A DNA stretch of 64,000 nucleotides, from assembly GCA_951406725.2 (NCBI GenBank), contig OX597818.1, forward strand, positions 68,696,001 through 68,760,000, read 5' to 3'. How positions within the stretch are numbered: the stretch's first letter is position 1; each line of letters begins with the position of its first letter. A model generated the notes under the pieces. That model saw only the letters and a program-made list of their open reading frames with translations, had not been told where the DNA came from and did not search any database. Origin of the DNA: Octopus vulgaris. Taxonomy: Eukaryota. Shown here piece by piece: positions 49,949-63,327 of this stretch. The translations under genes and the position numbers were made by a program.

Positions 49949-51399
49949 TGATAGAGAGAGAGGATTGTATGTATACACATATACACACACATATATGAGT
50001 GGGCAACCAATTTAATATTTATTTCAGTAAGTTATTATAAATTAGGAATTACCAATTATATATATTGAACATAAATTTTATGTATGGCTAAGATTATTAA
50101 CACTTCGATAAAAGTGGTTTATTACTTTAGAAATTTCACCTATTGAAATTTTATTAAGTTTTAAACATTTGATCATCACTCTACCCATAGTGATTCTCAC
50201 TGAGTCTATGTATATATAAAAGAGACTCTATGTTACAATTTATTCGAACATAAATATCATGAATTTAGATGTTCGGAATTATATTATAGCCAAGCATAAT
50301 TTGCAAATTGGTATGATTGGGAACATGTAACAAAGAATGAGACTTTCAAAGAATTAGAGAGACTCATTAACTTAAAAAAAAAAAAAAGGCAAAAGAGCAG
50401 CTTTGGTAACAATAAAATTAAATTAAATGAAATTCATAGATACTGAACGGAATCAGTGGTGCATGAGACAAGCTAGACATAGTTCATGCTGTTAAGAAGG
50501 ACACCTTAGCAGTTCTGAGTTTCGGAGTTCAATCTCACCCTTGGACAATTTCAGGCAAATGCTTTCAGTTATAGATTCAGATAGAAATGGAATTTGGTTT
50601 GTAGAAACCATGAAGATGTTTGTGGCAGCAGATAATGATGATTATAATCTGTTGCATCTTGGGAGGGTCATTATACCAACCATTTAACCAATTAACTAAT
50701 CGATTGCTTTATTAATTGTGATGTTAATCACCTGGTCAATCGGTCAATCAGCTTAGATTTGTCAAAATCCTTTAATCCCCATCCATGACCTCATCAATGA
50801 CATTCCTTCTCTACTACGATGTTCAAATGAATTACAGCTCATCAGAAACGGTAAAAGAAGGAACAGAAAGCAGACGTATGAGACTAGTGAAGAAAGACAG
50901 CAATGGAAACTAGAATTACATCCACAATCCACAGAATGAAACAGAGAAGTAAAAGAGTCATAAAGAGGAAAGGATGGATATATAGGTAAGTCAGGAAGAG
51001 TTTTAGGGAATTTGGAGAAGCATAGAATTTTTGAAGAATGAAGGTGTTCTGGCAGCTGACAAGTGATGTGGATAGTTTATTCTTTGCTTTGACAATTCTG
51101 AGTAAGAATAAAGTGTTTCTGAAAGTCATTGGGTGACATTGTTGTTTTTTCTATATTTTGGTTTTGTAAGCACATTGTTGGGTGGTAGATGGAAATACCA
51201 CATCCACAAAGACAGTTAAAGGTGTTGTCAATGGAGGATAATCTGATTGTCTGCTTGCTCGTCACTTGTTATACACCAAAATTCTACATACATAAGTACA
51301 TCCATCCATCCATCAATACATACATATATATGTATATATATATATATATACCAATTCCTTCTTGTGAGCAGTCACATTATATACCAATTCCTTCTTGTG

Positions 51400-51837
51400 A
51401 GCAGTCACATCTTCAGCATGGGAGAGGAACCTCTTCAACATCAATGCCATAAATACCTGCTTTGTGAAATATCTGATTATTCTTCTGATTATATTTACTG
51501 AAATAACCATTTTGTTAAAATCACATTGATATCCATCTCAAAAGTGAATCTGCTACAAACAGCATGGCTGGAAATGATAACATCCATTCTGTCGAAGAAG
51601 GACTGGAACATAAATGGAAAAGTGAATCTCCGTTTTGATCTGTTGAGAAATATGCACATGTTCTATCTGGATTGTAAGTTTAGATGTCTAACGATAAGGA
51701 TTAGAGTGACTGGTAGCAATCTTCAGAATCTGAGATTCATAAAACTGCAAAGAACATGCCTAATTAGAAGGTTACAGTTACAAACTGCTGAAGGTACAGA
51801 GAAAATATGCAAAACATTCACAAAGTTTAGTCTATGA
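51400..51837 (+). mobile_element. RLE-type (R4-like) LINE C-terminal remnant
   Basis: LLRNMHMFYLDCKF..LIRRLQLQTAEGTEKICKTFTKF*, paralogous to LQLLYPDFKF..LQIQSVSGTIKICKTVLK at 53.2-53.8 kb. Confidence 0.55.
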
Positions 51838-52749
51838 TTAGATCTACATATGCAATGACATTCACAGCTACACCTGTGTATAAATGTACCCACACATATA
51901 TATGTGCCTACATATGTGCATAAATACACTCATATATACATATATCCATAAATGCATGTGGAATAGCTGCAACTTAATTTTGAGCCATTCCACTGACTTC
52001 TTGTTGTCTCAAAGATGTGGCTTTTTAGTCCTGAAAAGGACCTGCACTCTTTTGCACTAATGTGACAACTATGGCCTCCCTTTTGCCTCAGGGGTTCAGA
52101 GTGCTTACCACCCATTCTGGCAAATAGTTTCATTTTATCGTAGAATTCTTCATTGAATGTTTTGCCTCTCTTATCCATAGTGCGCAGCAAGATACAGTTG
52201 TTTAAAATCAAGCAACGCTCTGTGATTGAAGCTTCCTAAGCGGAGGGAAGGCCTGGCACGTGACCTATCTCACTTAAAAACATGTATTTGCCCAAAAAGA
52301 AGAACTAGTCTACATCATTGCAAGCAAGCGAAGTCACAGGTGTTACTTCTGAGTATTGCTTTTCCTAGAGAAATGTCTTAACCAAGACCAGGCTGTCTCT
52401 CACTCCAAGATGTTGGATGGCCATTGACTCTACTCAGTTCATCTACCTTTTAACAGGTTCTGGTTTTTGCATTGCAGGGTATCCAATGGAAACCACCAAC
52501 CTTTCCTAGCTAGCTTTGTAGGTTTGCCAGTCTAATCATTGATGGCTCAACCATGTAACACAATTGTACTGGGTCACATGTTACCAATAGCTCAGAGAGT
52601 GACTTGACATAGATATATATACTCACACACACAGACAACATTCTTTGCATTGACATTTTTGATGGTACAGGGCCAGCTAGTATTATCATAGATTGCAATC
52701 TTTCTTGAATTCACAGCTGCTGCATCACATCACATTTCAAAAAATATAC

Positions 52750-53497
52750 ATTTATAATCCAAGAACAGGAGATTGCTACAAAATTCCTAAAAAATAAAAA
52801 CGATAATAGAGACTTTGGAACTTCAGAAAGCAACTGAAAATGTCACTTGTGTCACATTTCTTCAGAAGACATCACACACGATCAACAGCTATCAAAAAGG
52901 TCATCCAGGTAAAATCTTCACCCCCAGGGAAACTTCAAGTTGTCACTAAAGCAATATAGACTGCCATTCAAAAAAAAGAAAAAGATTGTCCTGGGATAAA
53001 TTATAAAGAAACACACCACTTACTGAATACATAGAGGAACACAAGGATCACTGGTGGAACATTCACATCACCCCTTCTCCAAATGCAAATATAACAGGCC
53101 AGACATTGTTGTTTGGGACCGTCAAAGTAAAGCATGGACCATTATAGAACTCTGCTGAAGTGAATATCTTTCTGACTTTCAAAGAGGAAGATGTTAATAA
53201 TGAGCAACTGCTTTGAAAACTTCAGCTTTTGTATCCAGATTTTAAATTTATGTTTACACAATAATATTTGGTGCAGTTGGTTTTGCAACAATCTGGAAAG
53301 GTTGGCGTTTTCTGAAAAAGAAATCAACAAAGAAGGCACAGGAGTGGCTGTGTGGTAAATAGTTTGCTTATCAACCACATGGTTCAGGGTTCAGTCCCAC
53401 TGTGTGGCACCTTGAGCAAGTGTCTTCTACTATAGCCTCAGACCAACCAAAGCCTTGTCAGTGGATTTGGTAGACAGAAACTGAAAGAAGCCCATCG

Positions 53498-53532
<35 letters not shown>

Positions 53533-53820
53533 ATGTTTATGTGTCTGTGTTAGTTCCCCCAACATCGCTTGATAACCGAAGTTGGTGTGTTTACTTCTCT
53601 GTAACTTAGCAGTTCAGCAAAAGAGACTGATAGAATAAGCACTAGGCTTACCAAGAATAAATCCTGGGGTCATTTTGCTTGACTAAAGGTGGTACTCCAG
53701 CATGGCGACAGTCAAATGACTGAAACAAGTAAAAGAATAAAAGAATAAAGTAACACACATTACAAATACAATCCGTAAGTGGAACAATAAAAATATGCAA
53801 GACTGTTCTCAAGCTCAAAA
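52750..53820 (+). mobile_element. RLE-type (R4-like) LINE remnant split by a SINE
   Basis: EDITHTINS (eroded CCHC), HWWNIHI, YNRPDIVVWDRQSKAWTIIE (PD-(D/E)xK nuclease), LQLLYPDFKF, IIFGAVG; resumes after the SINE with LQIQSVSGTIKICKT. Confidence 0.75.
53335..53750 (+). mobile_element. tRNA-derived SINE, family A
   Basis: Full-length family A match with (GAATAAAA)n-type tail. Confidence 0.92.
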
Positions 53821-54182
53821 TCTGACTTTGTTTTAATTGTCTAGATTCCAACATCGGAGGAGCTGTTTCACATTATTATAAGACAGACTAAAATGGCACT
53901 GTAACAAATGTGACAGAGAAGCATAGAACTTTGGACAAATTATTCCATCTGTAAATGTATCTCATATACATCACCATCATCATCATCATTATCATTGTCG
54001 TTGTCATTTCATAAAAACGAGAAAATAGCTACTCCTTGAAAGGGATGTCTTTTGTGGTATTTGTTAGGGTTAGGGCTTCTTAGTGTGACTAGCAGAAGTC
54101 CAAGAGCGATTGATTCCTTGGAATCCCATGGCCCCAGATTCTCTTTTATTCACTAACTCCAATATAAAACCAAGGTTATTAA

Positions 54183-54360
54183 GACTGTAATATCTGTTAT
54201 AATTAGTCAAATGCTGGTTAGTTTATCTTTAATATTTGTTATAATTAGTTATATATCAATTGGTTTGATTGTAATATCTGTTATAATTAGTTAGATGCTG
54301 GTTATCTTGTCTTTAATACCTGTTATGATTAGTTAAATATCAATTAGTTTGACTGTAATA
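54183..54360. repeat. 84-bp tandem repeat (2+ units, about 42-bp subunits)
   Basis: 'ga(c/t)tgtaata' at 54183, 54267, 54351; 'tgttataattagt' recurs about every 42 bp. Confidence 0.85.
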
Positions 54361-56056
54361 GGTGGAATGTAGGTCTTGTGAAATGTAGGTCTTGGTTTAA
54401 TTCAATCTTGTTTCAGGAATTATCAAAACAGAGATATTATGAAGCAGATTGAAACCATTTGTTGGCATTTTTCAGATAACTTTAAAGAACTTCTCATCAT
54501 CAAAACACCCAACATTCTTTCTCTGCCCCCACACACACACTCTTTTGTCATATACAGGAAACTTTACAAATTCTCTGGGAAAGACATCACTGTTGTTTTT
54601 GAAGCCAGCCATTATGGCTTAGCAGCACTGGAACAATTACACATTCTTACAGAATCTTATTTGTTAATTGAGTGCAAATTTCTACACGGAACTTATCTCA
54701 GATATTCATTAAGACACCGATCTGTTGATTTGGTTTAACAAACAAATATCATTATCATCTCTATTTTACAATATTCGATAGCTTCTGTATGGCTTGCTTT
54801 TGTTTGGAAATCCTATTTCTAAAGGACTGCCACATTTTTTTTGTTTGATAAATATATATATATATATATATATACATACAGAGAGAGAGAGAGAAAGAGA
54901 GATGTATATGTATGTATGTATAATAGAGCAGTTCTTTTTCGTATATATTTCGTTTTCCCCTTTTATCAAGGAATTTCTATCACATATTATGTCCAATCCC
55001 AAGTGACATTATTCATATTAGATTATTCTCAACATCAATATCTACTCTGTATCTACCAAACAGTCTCTATACATTTCAGAGAATCTCTTTGAATTCCTCT
55101 TGCTATTCTGGTTTGCAAAGATAAATGCAAGCTTTATACCTACATTAAAGTATTTCTTCCTACCTTCCATTCAACACATTCCATTCTCTTTGCTATTTTC
55201 TTCTGTTTTCTCTTTTCATTTTTGCATCTTTTCTTTTACTCAGATTTCTTCAGAATCAGAATTCCTTTAATCCTTAATTATTCTTTGGATTCAGCACTTC
55301 ATTTATTTAAAGTTTCTTTTGCTTAAACCTGAGAGCATTTTCTTAAAGCTAAGGTGGACAAGTACTATTTTCATTACACTACTGGAATTAAAAATATAAT
55401 CATTTCTAAGCGAAACTCAGGAAACCTTACATTTGCAGTTGTTGATGAAATGGATAAGTTGGCACTTTTACGTCCTTTCTTAAAGTGTTCATAATTACAA
55501 GTGAATAATTCCATCCGTCAAAGAAAACCAAAATTAGGATGTGATTATTGTTTCTTGAGAACTAACTTGCCGTATAAGATACAAGTTACCAGATAAGTTG
55601 ATAAAAATATTCTGTCTCAATGTTATATTTCTGTCCAAATAATAATTATATCTCTGATGTTGTATTCCAAAATGGATTTTACTTCTTTTCAATAAATACT
55701 GGTCTACGTTAGACAAATTACTTTTGTGGTTGCTTAGCCCCGGGTCCAACCTTATCAAACAAAATTATTACCAATATGGTTCCAGCCATGAACACCATAG
55801 ATATTTGTTGTGTTTTAGCTGTTCCCATTCCATAATTAAGGCTAACATATCCCCACCCCTTTTATAAAATGCATCATCATTCGATTGGTTTGGCATTGGT
55901 TTGGTTATTTGACAGGATCTGAAAAGTGAGAAGACTGTGTTAGGCTCCACTCTCTGCTTGGCAGGGTTACTACACCTCTCATGTGTCACATACTACCTCA
56001 CATTTTATGGTTTATATCTATATACATATATATATATATATATAGATATATATATA

Positions 56057-56647
56057 TCATCGTCGTCGTTTAACGTCTGCTTTCCATGCTGGCATGGGTT
56101 GGACAGTTTGACTAAGGGCTGGCAAGCCAGTAGGCTGCACTAGGTTCCAATCCAATGTGGCAATGTTTCTACACCTGGATGCCCTTCCTAATGCCAACCA
56201 CTCTGAGAGTATAGTAGAGACATTTCACATGCCACAAGCATGAGAGCCAGTCAGGTGGTATTGGCATCGACCACACTTGAATGGTGCTTTTTATGTGCAT
56301 TCAGCATGAGAGCCAGTCAGGCAGCACTGGCAATGACCATGCTCGAATGGTGCTTTTTACGTACCATTGGCATGAGGGCCAGTCAGGTGGCACTGGCAAT
56401 GACCACGCTCAAATGGTGCTGCTTTTACATACCACTGGCACAGGTGCCAATCAGGCGGTACTGTCATCAGCCATGACAACGACTTCACTTGCCTCAACAG
56501 GTCTTCAAAAGCACAATTTATTGCCCAATGATTGAAGGGTACTTTTAAATGGGCCAGTTAGGCTGCACTGGCATAGGCTACGGTTATGGTTTCACTTGGC
56601 TTTCTGGGTCTTCTCAAGCACAGCATATCTCCAAAGGTTTTGGTCAC
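56057..56647 (-). mobile_element. RTE-related 3'-UTR fragment with about 62-bp internal repeats, flanked by TA/TG arrays
   Basis: cgtttaacgtctgctttccatgctggcatggg.., three 'gcatgag.gccagtcagg..gaatggtgct' units; homologous to 4563-5050. Confidence 0.8.
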
Positions 56648-56690
56648 TTATGTGTGTGTGTGTGCGTGTATGTATTTCTGTGTGTGTGTG

Positions 56691-56727
<37 letters not shown>

Positions 56728-56729
<2 letters not shown>

Positions 56730-56958
56730 TTCTTTACTACCCACAAGGGGCTAAACACAGAGGGGACGAACAAGGACAGACGAATGGATTAAGTTGATTA
56801 CATCGACCCCAGTGCATAATGGTACTTAATTTATCGACCCTGAAAGGATGAAAGGCAAAGTCGACCTCGGCGGAATTTGAACTCAGAACGTAACGGCAGA
56901 CGAAATACGGCTACGCATTTCGCCCGGCGTGCTAACGTTTCTGCCAGTTCGCCGCCTT
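56728..56958 (-). mobile_element. Family B SINE, full length, CpG-rich (young)
   Basis: Reverse complement of family B with CpGs retained (ggcggcgaactggcagaaacgttagcacgccgggcgaaatgcgtagccgtatttcg); TA arrays both sides. Confidence 0.95.
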
Positions 56959-56979
56959 GTATATATATATATATATATA

Positions 56980-57560
56980 TACTAGCAGTAAAACCCGTCG
57001 TTGATTGGGTAATTACTTCTAATGCTTATCCAGAGCCACATTGAATGTATTATTATCATTTACTCCTCCTGTCTGCATGCATTTTTAGAAGAGAAAGCTA
57101 TGTAATAATCGAAGTAGAAGAAAGATCACTATCATTCTTCGTTGGCCATCTGTTGGCAGTTTCTGGCTTACGATACTCTTTTTACTCTTTTATTTGTTTC
57201 AGTCTTTTGACTGCGGCCATGCTGGAGCACCGCCTTTAATCAAGCAACTCGACCCCAGGACTTATTCTTTTCTAAGTCCAGTACTTATTCTATCGGTCTC
57301 TTTTGCCGAACCGCTAAGTAACGATGCGATGCTTCTCAAAGACAATCAGCTGCAACTCATGCATGTCTTTCATCTTCGTTTTCTGCTGCACATCGAGCTG
57401 CCATTCTGTCTGCAACTCATGCATTTCGTTGATGTTTGGTTTCAGATGCACATTGAGCTTTCTTTGCCCTGCACATGTCTCATCATCGTTTTCTGATGCA
57501 CGTCCTGCATTTGTTTCGTGTTTGTTTTGTGAGAATCCTTTTTAACGAGACTTGTTTTGA
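56980..57560. mobile_element. Helitron-like remnant
   Basis: Terminus-like 'ACTAGCagtaaaacccgtcgttgattgggt'; minus strand 57325-57540 translates to RASENDDE..ASETKHQRNA*VADRMAARCAAENEDERHA, resembling the charged repeats upstream of Helitron Rep domains. Confidence 0.5.
57173..57320 (-). mobile_element. Family A SINE 3' fragment nested in the Helitron-like remnant
   Basis: tactctttt..gtttcagtc..gcggccatgctggagcaccgcc..gccgaaccgctaagt. Confidence 0.88.
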
Positions 57561-57957
57561 TAATAGAAATCAGTAATTAAGAGTGAAGTGTAACTCAGAT
57601 GCTATGTCACAGTAAAGCAAGGAAAATAGGTATATTAAATAGAAGAATAGCTTAAAGAAATGAGAAATGTTTTTGATAAGAAATATCAGTAAGTTGTAGT
57701 GAAATGAATTTACAAATGCTGAATGGTGTCAGTGTTTTTGCTGAAATTCTGATGCAGAATTACAGAAATGCAGGGCAAGGCATTGTGTGGTTGTCTTTTT
57801 TGTTGGTGTGTCGATTATTTTCGTTTCGCTGTGAATTTGTGTCAGTGTGCGTATGGCTTCACTGTCAGATTGTCTCTGCTTATGTGAAAGAAATTTGTAT
57901 ATTTATATCTGAATGGGGAAATTAGAAAAATTAGTATATCTCAAACATGAATGAATA

Positions 57958-58173
57958 TACATGTGTGTGTGTGTGCATGTGTGTGTGTATGTGTGTGCAT
58001 GTGTGTGCATGTGTGTGTGTGCATGTGTGTGTGTGTGCATGTGTGTGTGTTTGAGTGTGTGTGTGTGTGTGTGTGTGTGCATGTGTGTGTGCATGTGTGT
58101 GTGCATGTGTGTGTGCATGTGTGTGTGTGTGCATGTGTGTGTGTGCATGTGTGTATGTGCATGTGTGTGTGTG

Positions 58174-58231
<58 letters not shown>

Positions 58232-58245
58232 CATGTGTGTGTGTG

Positions 58246-58276
<31 letters not shown>

Positions 58277-58277
58277 T
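57958..58277. repeat. (TG)n microsatellite punctuated by GCAT
   Basis: Direct inspection. Confidence 0.95.
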
Positions 58278-58347
58278 CTTTTAGAGAGAGAGAAAGAGAC
58301 AGACAGATCAATAACAGCGCCATTTCTTTAGAGTTCTGCTCTGCTGA

Positions 58348-58871
58348 TGAAAGCGGACAAAACACCCACTCTTATAATTTTCTTTTATCTTTTCTTTCTT
58401 TTCACCTTGTTTTAGTAATTATATTGTGGCCATGCTGGGGCACCACCTTGAAGAATCTTTAGTTGGAGGTATTGACCTCAGAATGTGATTTTTTAATGTT
58501 TACTTGTGGCAGTCATTAGAGAGAGAGAGAGGGAAAGAGAAAGAGAAAGAGAGAGAGAAAGAGAGAGAGAGTGGAAGAGAGAGAGATTGACTGTGTTTAA
58601 TTGTGCAGAACAGGTCATCCGTGAATAAATAAATGAATATCTGGTGCAGCGGTTGTCCTTGTCTTGAATGCTGACCATTCTCACCACAGGAAAATTTCCG
58701 GCCAAATAGAAAGACAGAAAGATAAAGAGAGAGAGAGGGAGAGAGAGAGAGAGAGAGAAGGAAAGGTGTCGATTCTGAAAATTTTGGCACTTTAGCTCTG
58801 GTCACACCATCATCATCATTATCATCACCATAGTTAAAGTGTGAAAGCGGACAAAACACCCACACTTATAA
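58348..58871 (+). repeat. 30-bp direct repeat pair
   Basis: tgaaagcggacaaaacacccactcttataa (58348-58377) and tgaaagcggacaaaacacccacacttataa (58842-58871), one mismatch. Confidence 0.85.
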
Positions 58872-59891
58872 ATGAGATGGTGTCACAATTATATTTAGTG
58901 GGACAAACAGACAGAAACTCTCTTACATATATATATATATATACACATGCATATATATGTGTGTGTGTGCACATACATGTATGTGTGTGTGTGTTTTGAG
59001 TTTCTTCAGTTCTTGTTGTACAGTAGAGATGAACCCTGCACCTCATGGTCATGATGCCAATGTTTTTACTGACACCACCAGCCATACCTATGAGCCATAA
59101 ATCTGTTCAAACTGTGTCCATTGCTTTCATTCAAATACCATAACAGCAATAAGAAAGTGAACAACAACATGAATAGAAATGTAAAAATATTATTCGTTCA
59201 CAGAAATGTTAAAAAAGATTTCACAATCTTCCCTTTGGCACCGACAGTGAAACCAAAGCAGAGTTTAATATCCAGTCTTGATATGTGGGTAGAATCTATT
59301 ATTTGGTTCTCCTGTTCATATTTCAAGTTATTCAAAGTTTGAAACTAACCAACTTTTGCAATGTTTTGGAATTATTTATTATTTTTTTTTTACTTTCCTG
59401 TGTGTTTTTTTTTTGTTTTTTGTGTGTGTGTCTTTTATGTTTTAGAAATGTATGTGAGAAGATATGAAGATACTCGGCGGTATTTTGTTGCATTATCACA
59501 TACAGAGATATCAAATGTGGTTTACGAAATGTGGGAATTTTATTGGACTGTATGGTGCTGTCTAACAACAATAATCTACAATTATGCTGTATGGATTCCA
59601 AGATATTGTTCTCTATACAAACTATATCGTATTGATCAGTAGAAATTCTGAGCAGAAAAATCACTCAAAAAATTGGAATCCAATAGTTATTGTTTCAAAA
59701 ATGCAGGGAAAAACCCCACAAAATTCTAAGGACATTTCCAATTCCATAGTAACAATTCTTTATTAATTTCCTCACCTCTATCTTACAAATGACAGAAATT
59801 TAATGTTTTTCTACTAAAACCAAAAGAAAACTTTATTGTTGTCATAAAAATAATCATTTGTTTTTTATATTGTCTTCTAGATTTATTACTC

Positions 59892-59933
<42 letters not shown>

Positions 59934-61049
59934 GACTACTTGTTATTCCAGTAGTTGCTTACTTTCCTTTCTCTGTGTATTGATTCTTATTGATTTTGTA
60001 TCGTAGTTATTGGCTGAACAGAAAAGGAAACAGCAGCCCTCATTTATATCCTTGGTGCTTAATTAAGGATTGGCCCTCGCTGTTATTCATTACTTTTACA
60101 TATTATTTGCTCTTTGTCTCATTCGACAAGCTTCTGTATAATCTAACCTTTGGGATCACACACAGAATTGGAGAAATATTTTCACTTTTTCTTATTCCAT
60201 GTTTTCTTTTTTTGTATTTTTTGTTTTGTTAATATATTGCTTTATAAACCAGATTCAGAGCTACTTATAAATCTCACAGTAATTGATATCATTCGGATTT
60301 TTCTCTCCCCAACTTCATTCGTTATTTCCAATTAACAATGGCTGCTCCTGGAGATTTGCTGAAATGGTTTTTCTCATAACTTATTTTCAAAAGATTGGAC
60401 CTTGTTGGTACTGAGACACCAAATACAAGGAATATCTCTTTTATCCCAGCTTTAATAGTTACACTGGGGGCAGAGGTAACGGTGTATGGTTAAGGAATCC
60501 ATTTCCCAATTGTGTGCTTTTGAGTTTAGTCCTGTTTTATGGAACCCCTTCCCAAAGCAAAGAAGTGTTCCCTACTTCAACTTTGAGCTTTGAGAATGAA
60601 TTTTGCAGAGAGAAACCAAAGTATTCTATTGTATGTGTGTTTGTGTGTATATATATATGTGTGTGCACGTGTGTTTATGTATGTGTGTTTGTGTGTGTAT
60701 ATGTATGTGTGTGCATGTGTGTTTATGTATGTGTGTGCGTGTGTGTGCTTGTGTCTCCTGGACTTCACTTCTTGTAACAGTTGTTCCTGAGTTCTACCTT
60801 TAGAGAAGTGATGCTGTTTATTTCCAGGTCTGCTCATTGGGGAAGATACCTTTCTTGGAAACAGGTGAGGATTAATGAGAAGGTCATCTGGTGGAGGCAA
60901 GTCAGCCTCAAGGAATTTCATCTGATCAATGTAAGCATGGAAGACTGGAAAACGCTAACATTATGATGATGGTGATGGTGATGAAGATGATGATGACAAT
61001 GATAAAGATGACAATAGCAATGATGATGCAGATGGTAAGGAAGAGAAGT

Positions 61050-61460
61050 AGACAGAGGAGGAGGAGAGGAGGAGACAGATGGGGAGGGGAGGAGGAGACA
61101 GAGGAGACAGAGGTGGAGGAGGGGAGGAGGCAGATGGGGAGGAGGGGGAGGAGGAGGGGAGGAGAGGAGGGGAGGAGGGGAGGAGAGGAGGAGGAGGAGG
61201 GGGAGGAGGCATATGGGGAGGAGAGGAGGAGGAGGGGAGGAGACAGATGGGGAGGAGACAGAGGTGGAGGAGGTGACAGAGGTGGATGAGGAGACAGAGG
61301 CAGAGGAGGAAGAGACAGAGGAGAGGGGAGACAGAGGAGAGGGGAGACAAAGGAGAGGGGAGACAGAGGAGAGGGGAGACAGAGGAGAGGAGAGACAGAG
61401 GAGGGGAAATAGAGGAGAGGAGAGACAGAGGAGGGGGAGACAAAGGAGGGGGGAGGAGGA
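61050..61460 (+). repeat. Purine-rich (GGA/GGAGACAGA) low-complexity tract
   Basis: Almost pure G/A strand with recurring ggagacagagg units and GGGG runs. Confidence 0.9.
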
Positions 61461-61982
61461 TGACAATAACAACAACAACAATGATGCCAGCGATGACAAT
61501 GATGACAACGAGATTGCTTTGAAGACATTAATTTAAGAGTAAAGTTAGAATACCCAATAAATATCTTTGCTGTTCTTTGGTTTTATCTCCCAAGAATCTG
61601 GATCAAAAGTCTACCAGGGGCCAGTTTAATCTTTCCCCACCCCTTGGGCACACTAATTGTAGAAAAATACTAAAGCTGTTATTTACTTATTTCCTTCTGA
61701 TATCAATCTTCCTAAGACCATCCATCCATGGGTCTCTGAAAGTCACTTCAGGTTTTAAGATGACTCAAATTAAAATCTTTCATCATAATCTCATGATAAT
61801 TCATGTTCCAAACATCGGTTTAGCAACGACAAAGATATTCTAATCAATTCTTCATGTTTTTCAAATTTTATTTTGAAAAAGAATAGTTCAGCAGAAATTT
61901 GGTGACAAAATGGTTAATGGTCCATTATCACAGAGGGAATATCAAATAATATCACTTCTAACTCTCTGATCATTTGTATTTA

Positions 61983-62090
61983 ACAACCCATGCCAGCATG
62001 GAAAACGGACGTTGAACGATGATGATGATGAGGATGATGATGACGATGAGGATGATGATGATGATGATGACGACGCCGATGATGATGATG
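61983..62090 (+). mobile_element. RTE 3' terminal stub with expanded (GAT)n tail
   Basis: caacccatgccagcatggaaaacggacgttgaacgatgatgat.. Confidence 0.8.
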
Positions 62091-63096
62091 ACTCGTGTTC
62101 ACTGCTTTGGCGCTAAATATTCCTATTTTCCATTCAAGTTTATTTTCTTCTGCAAACAATCTCCTTTGTCATTTTTATTCTTTTACTTGTTTGTTCATTC
62201 ATTTGGGCACCACATCGAAGTGTTTAATCAATTATTACAACACCTCTAATTGGTAATTATGCCACCTGTCGCTTTTCGATAAGTCACAAGCATTGCACAT
62301 ATACAGAACACTGTTGGTCATAAATCTGACTCAAGCCTAAACAACAACAACAACAACAACAACAGAAAGCAATGGAACACTGTTGTTGTTGTTGTTGTTG
62401 CTGCTGCTGCTGCCGTTTAAGCCAAAGCTGTCCTTGGCTGAGCAGATCCCTCTTCAAAGGGGCTCACTCACGAATTACGTGCCCTGGCTTGAATTATCTC
62501 TTGCAAGAAGATAAGATATAATCTGAACAAGATTTAGCAGTATTTCTCTGATGGATTAAAGGGCCTTGTAGCCTTCCTCTTGTTGGCTCAAGGTTTCAAG
62601 ACATAACTGCAGGGTTCTAGGGATAGAACTATAATCTTTCACTCCATGATAATGTCATGAACGAAGAAGGGACACAAGACAGCCCCTATTTGCAGGACCC
62701 TCTACAGAAGGTGCAGCCTGAAAATACAAACACTCTAGAAGTGGGGAAGGGTACTTGCCTGAACAGACAATATCAACAACAAACAATCAACATCGTTATT
62801 TTCGTCACCATCAATGTCATAATTATTGTCACCATCACCATCACCTCTGCCACCATCATCATTCTGTTGTTGTCGTCGTCATCATCATCATCATCACCAA
62901 TGTTGTTGTTTTTCTGCTGTCATCACCATCACTACTACCACCACCACCACCATCATCATTATCATTGTTTTACCTCCCACTGTAACTTCCAAAGAAGAAA
63001 TGGTGATTTGACTTGATAAAAATAGCAACCAAATCCCCTGCCTATCACATCCCATCATCTTTAAAAAAAAAATGGAAGGACACACAGTCAAATATA

Positions 63097-63327
63097 TATT
63101 TCTTTATTGCCACAAGGGGCTAAACATAGAGGGGACAAACAAGGACAGACAAAGGGATTAAGTCGATTACATCAACCCCAGTGCGTAACTGGTACTTTAT
63201 TTATCGACCCTAAAGGATGAAAGGCAAAGTCGACCTCGGCAGAATTTGAACTCAGAACGTAACAGCAGACGAAATACGGCTATGCATTTCGCCCAGCATG
63301 CTAACCACTCTGCCAGCTCACTGCCTA
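63097..63327 (-). mobile_element. Family B SINE, full length with 15-bp TSD
   Basis: Reverse complement of family B; TSD acacagtcaaatata at 63082-63096 and 63328-63342. Confidence 0.95.

Noticed and set aside
50805-50850. Minus-strand CTGATGA..GAAC hammerhead-like motif next to possible Penelope remnants (50630-51250)
   Set aside because: Second core is GAAC and the stems do not pair convincingly; too eroded to call
58344-58365. CTGATGA followed by AAG..AAAAC as a hammerhead
   Set aside because: No GAAA with a paired stem II and no stem I/III complementarity
60891-61536. Long Glu/Arg/Gly- or Pro/Ser/Leu-rich ORFs on both strands
   Set aside because: Products of a low-complexity purine tract, open in most frames
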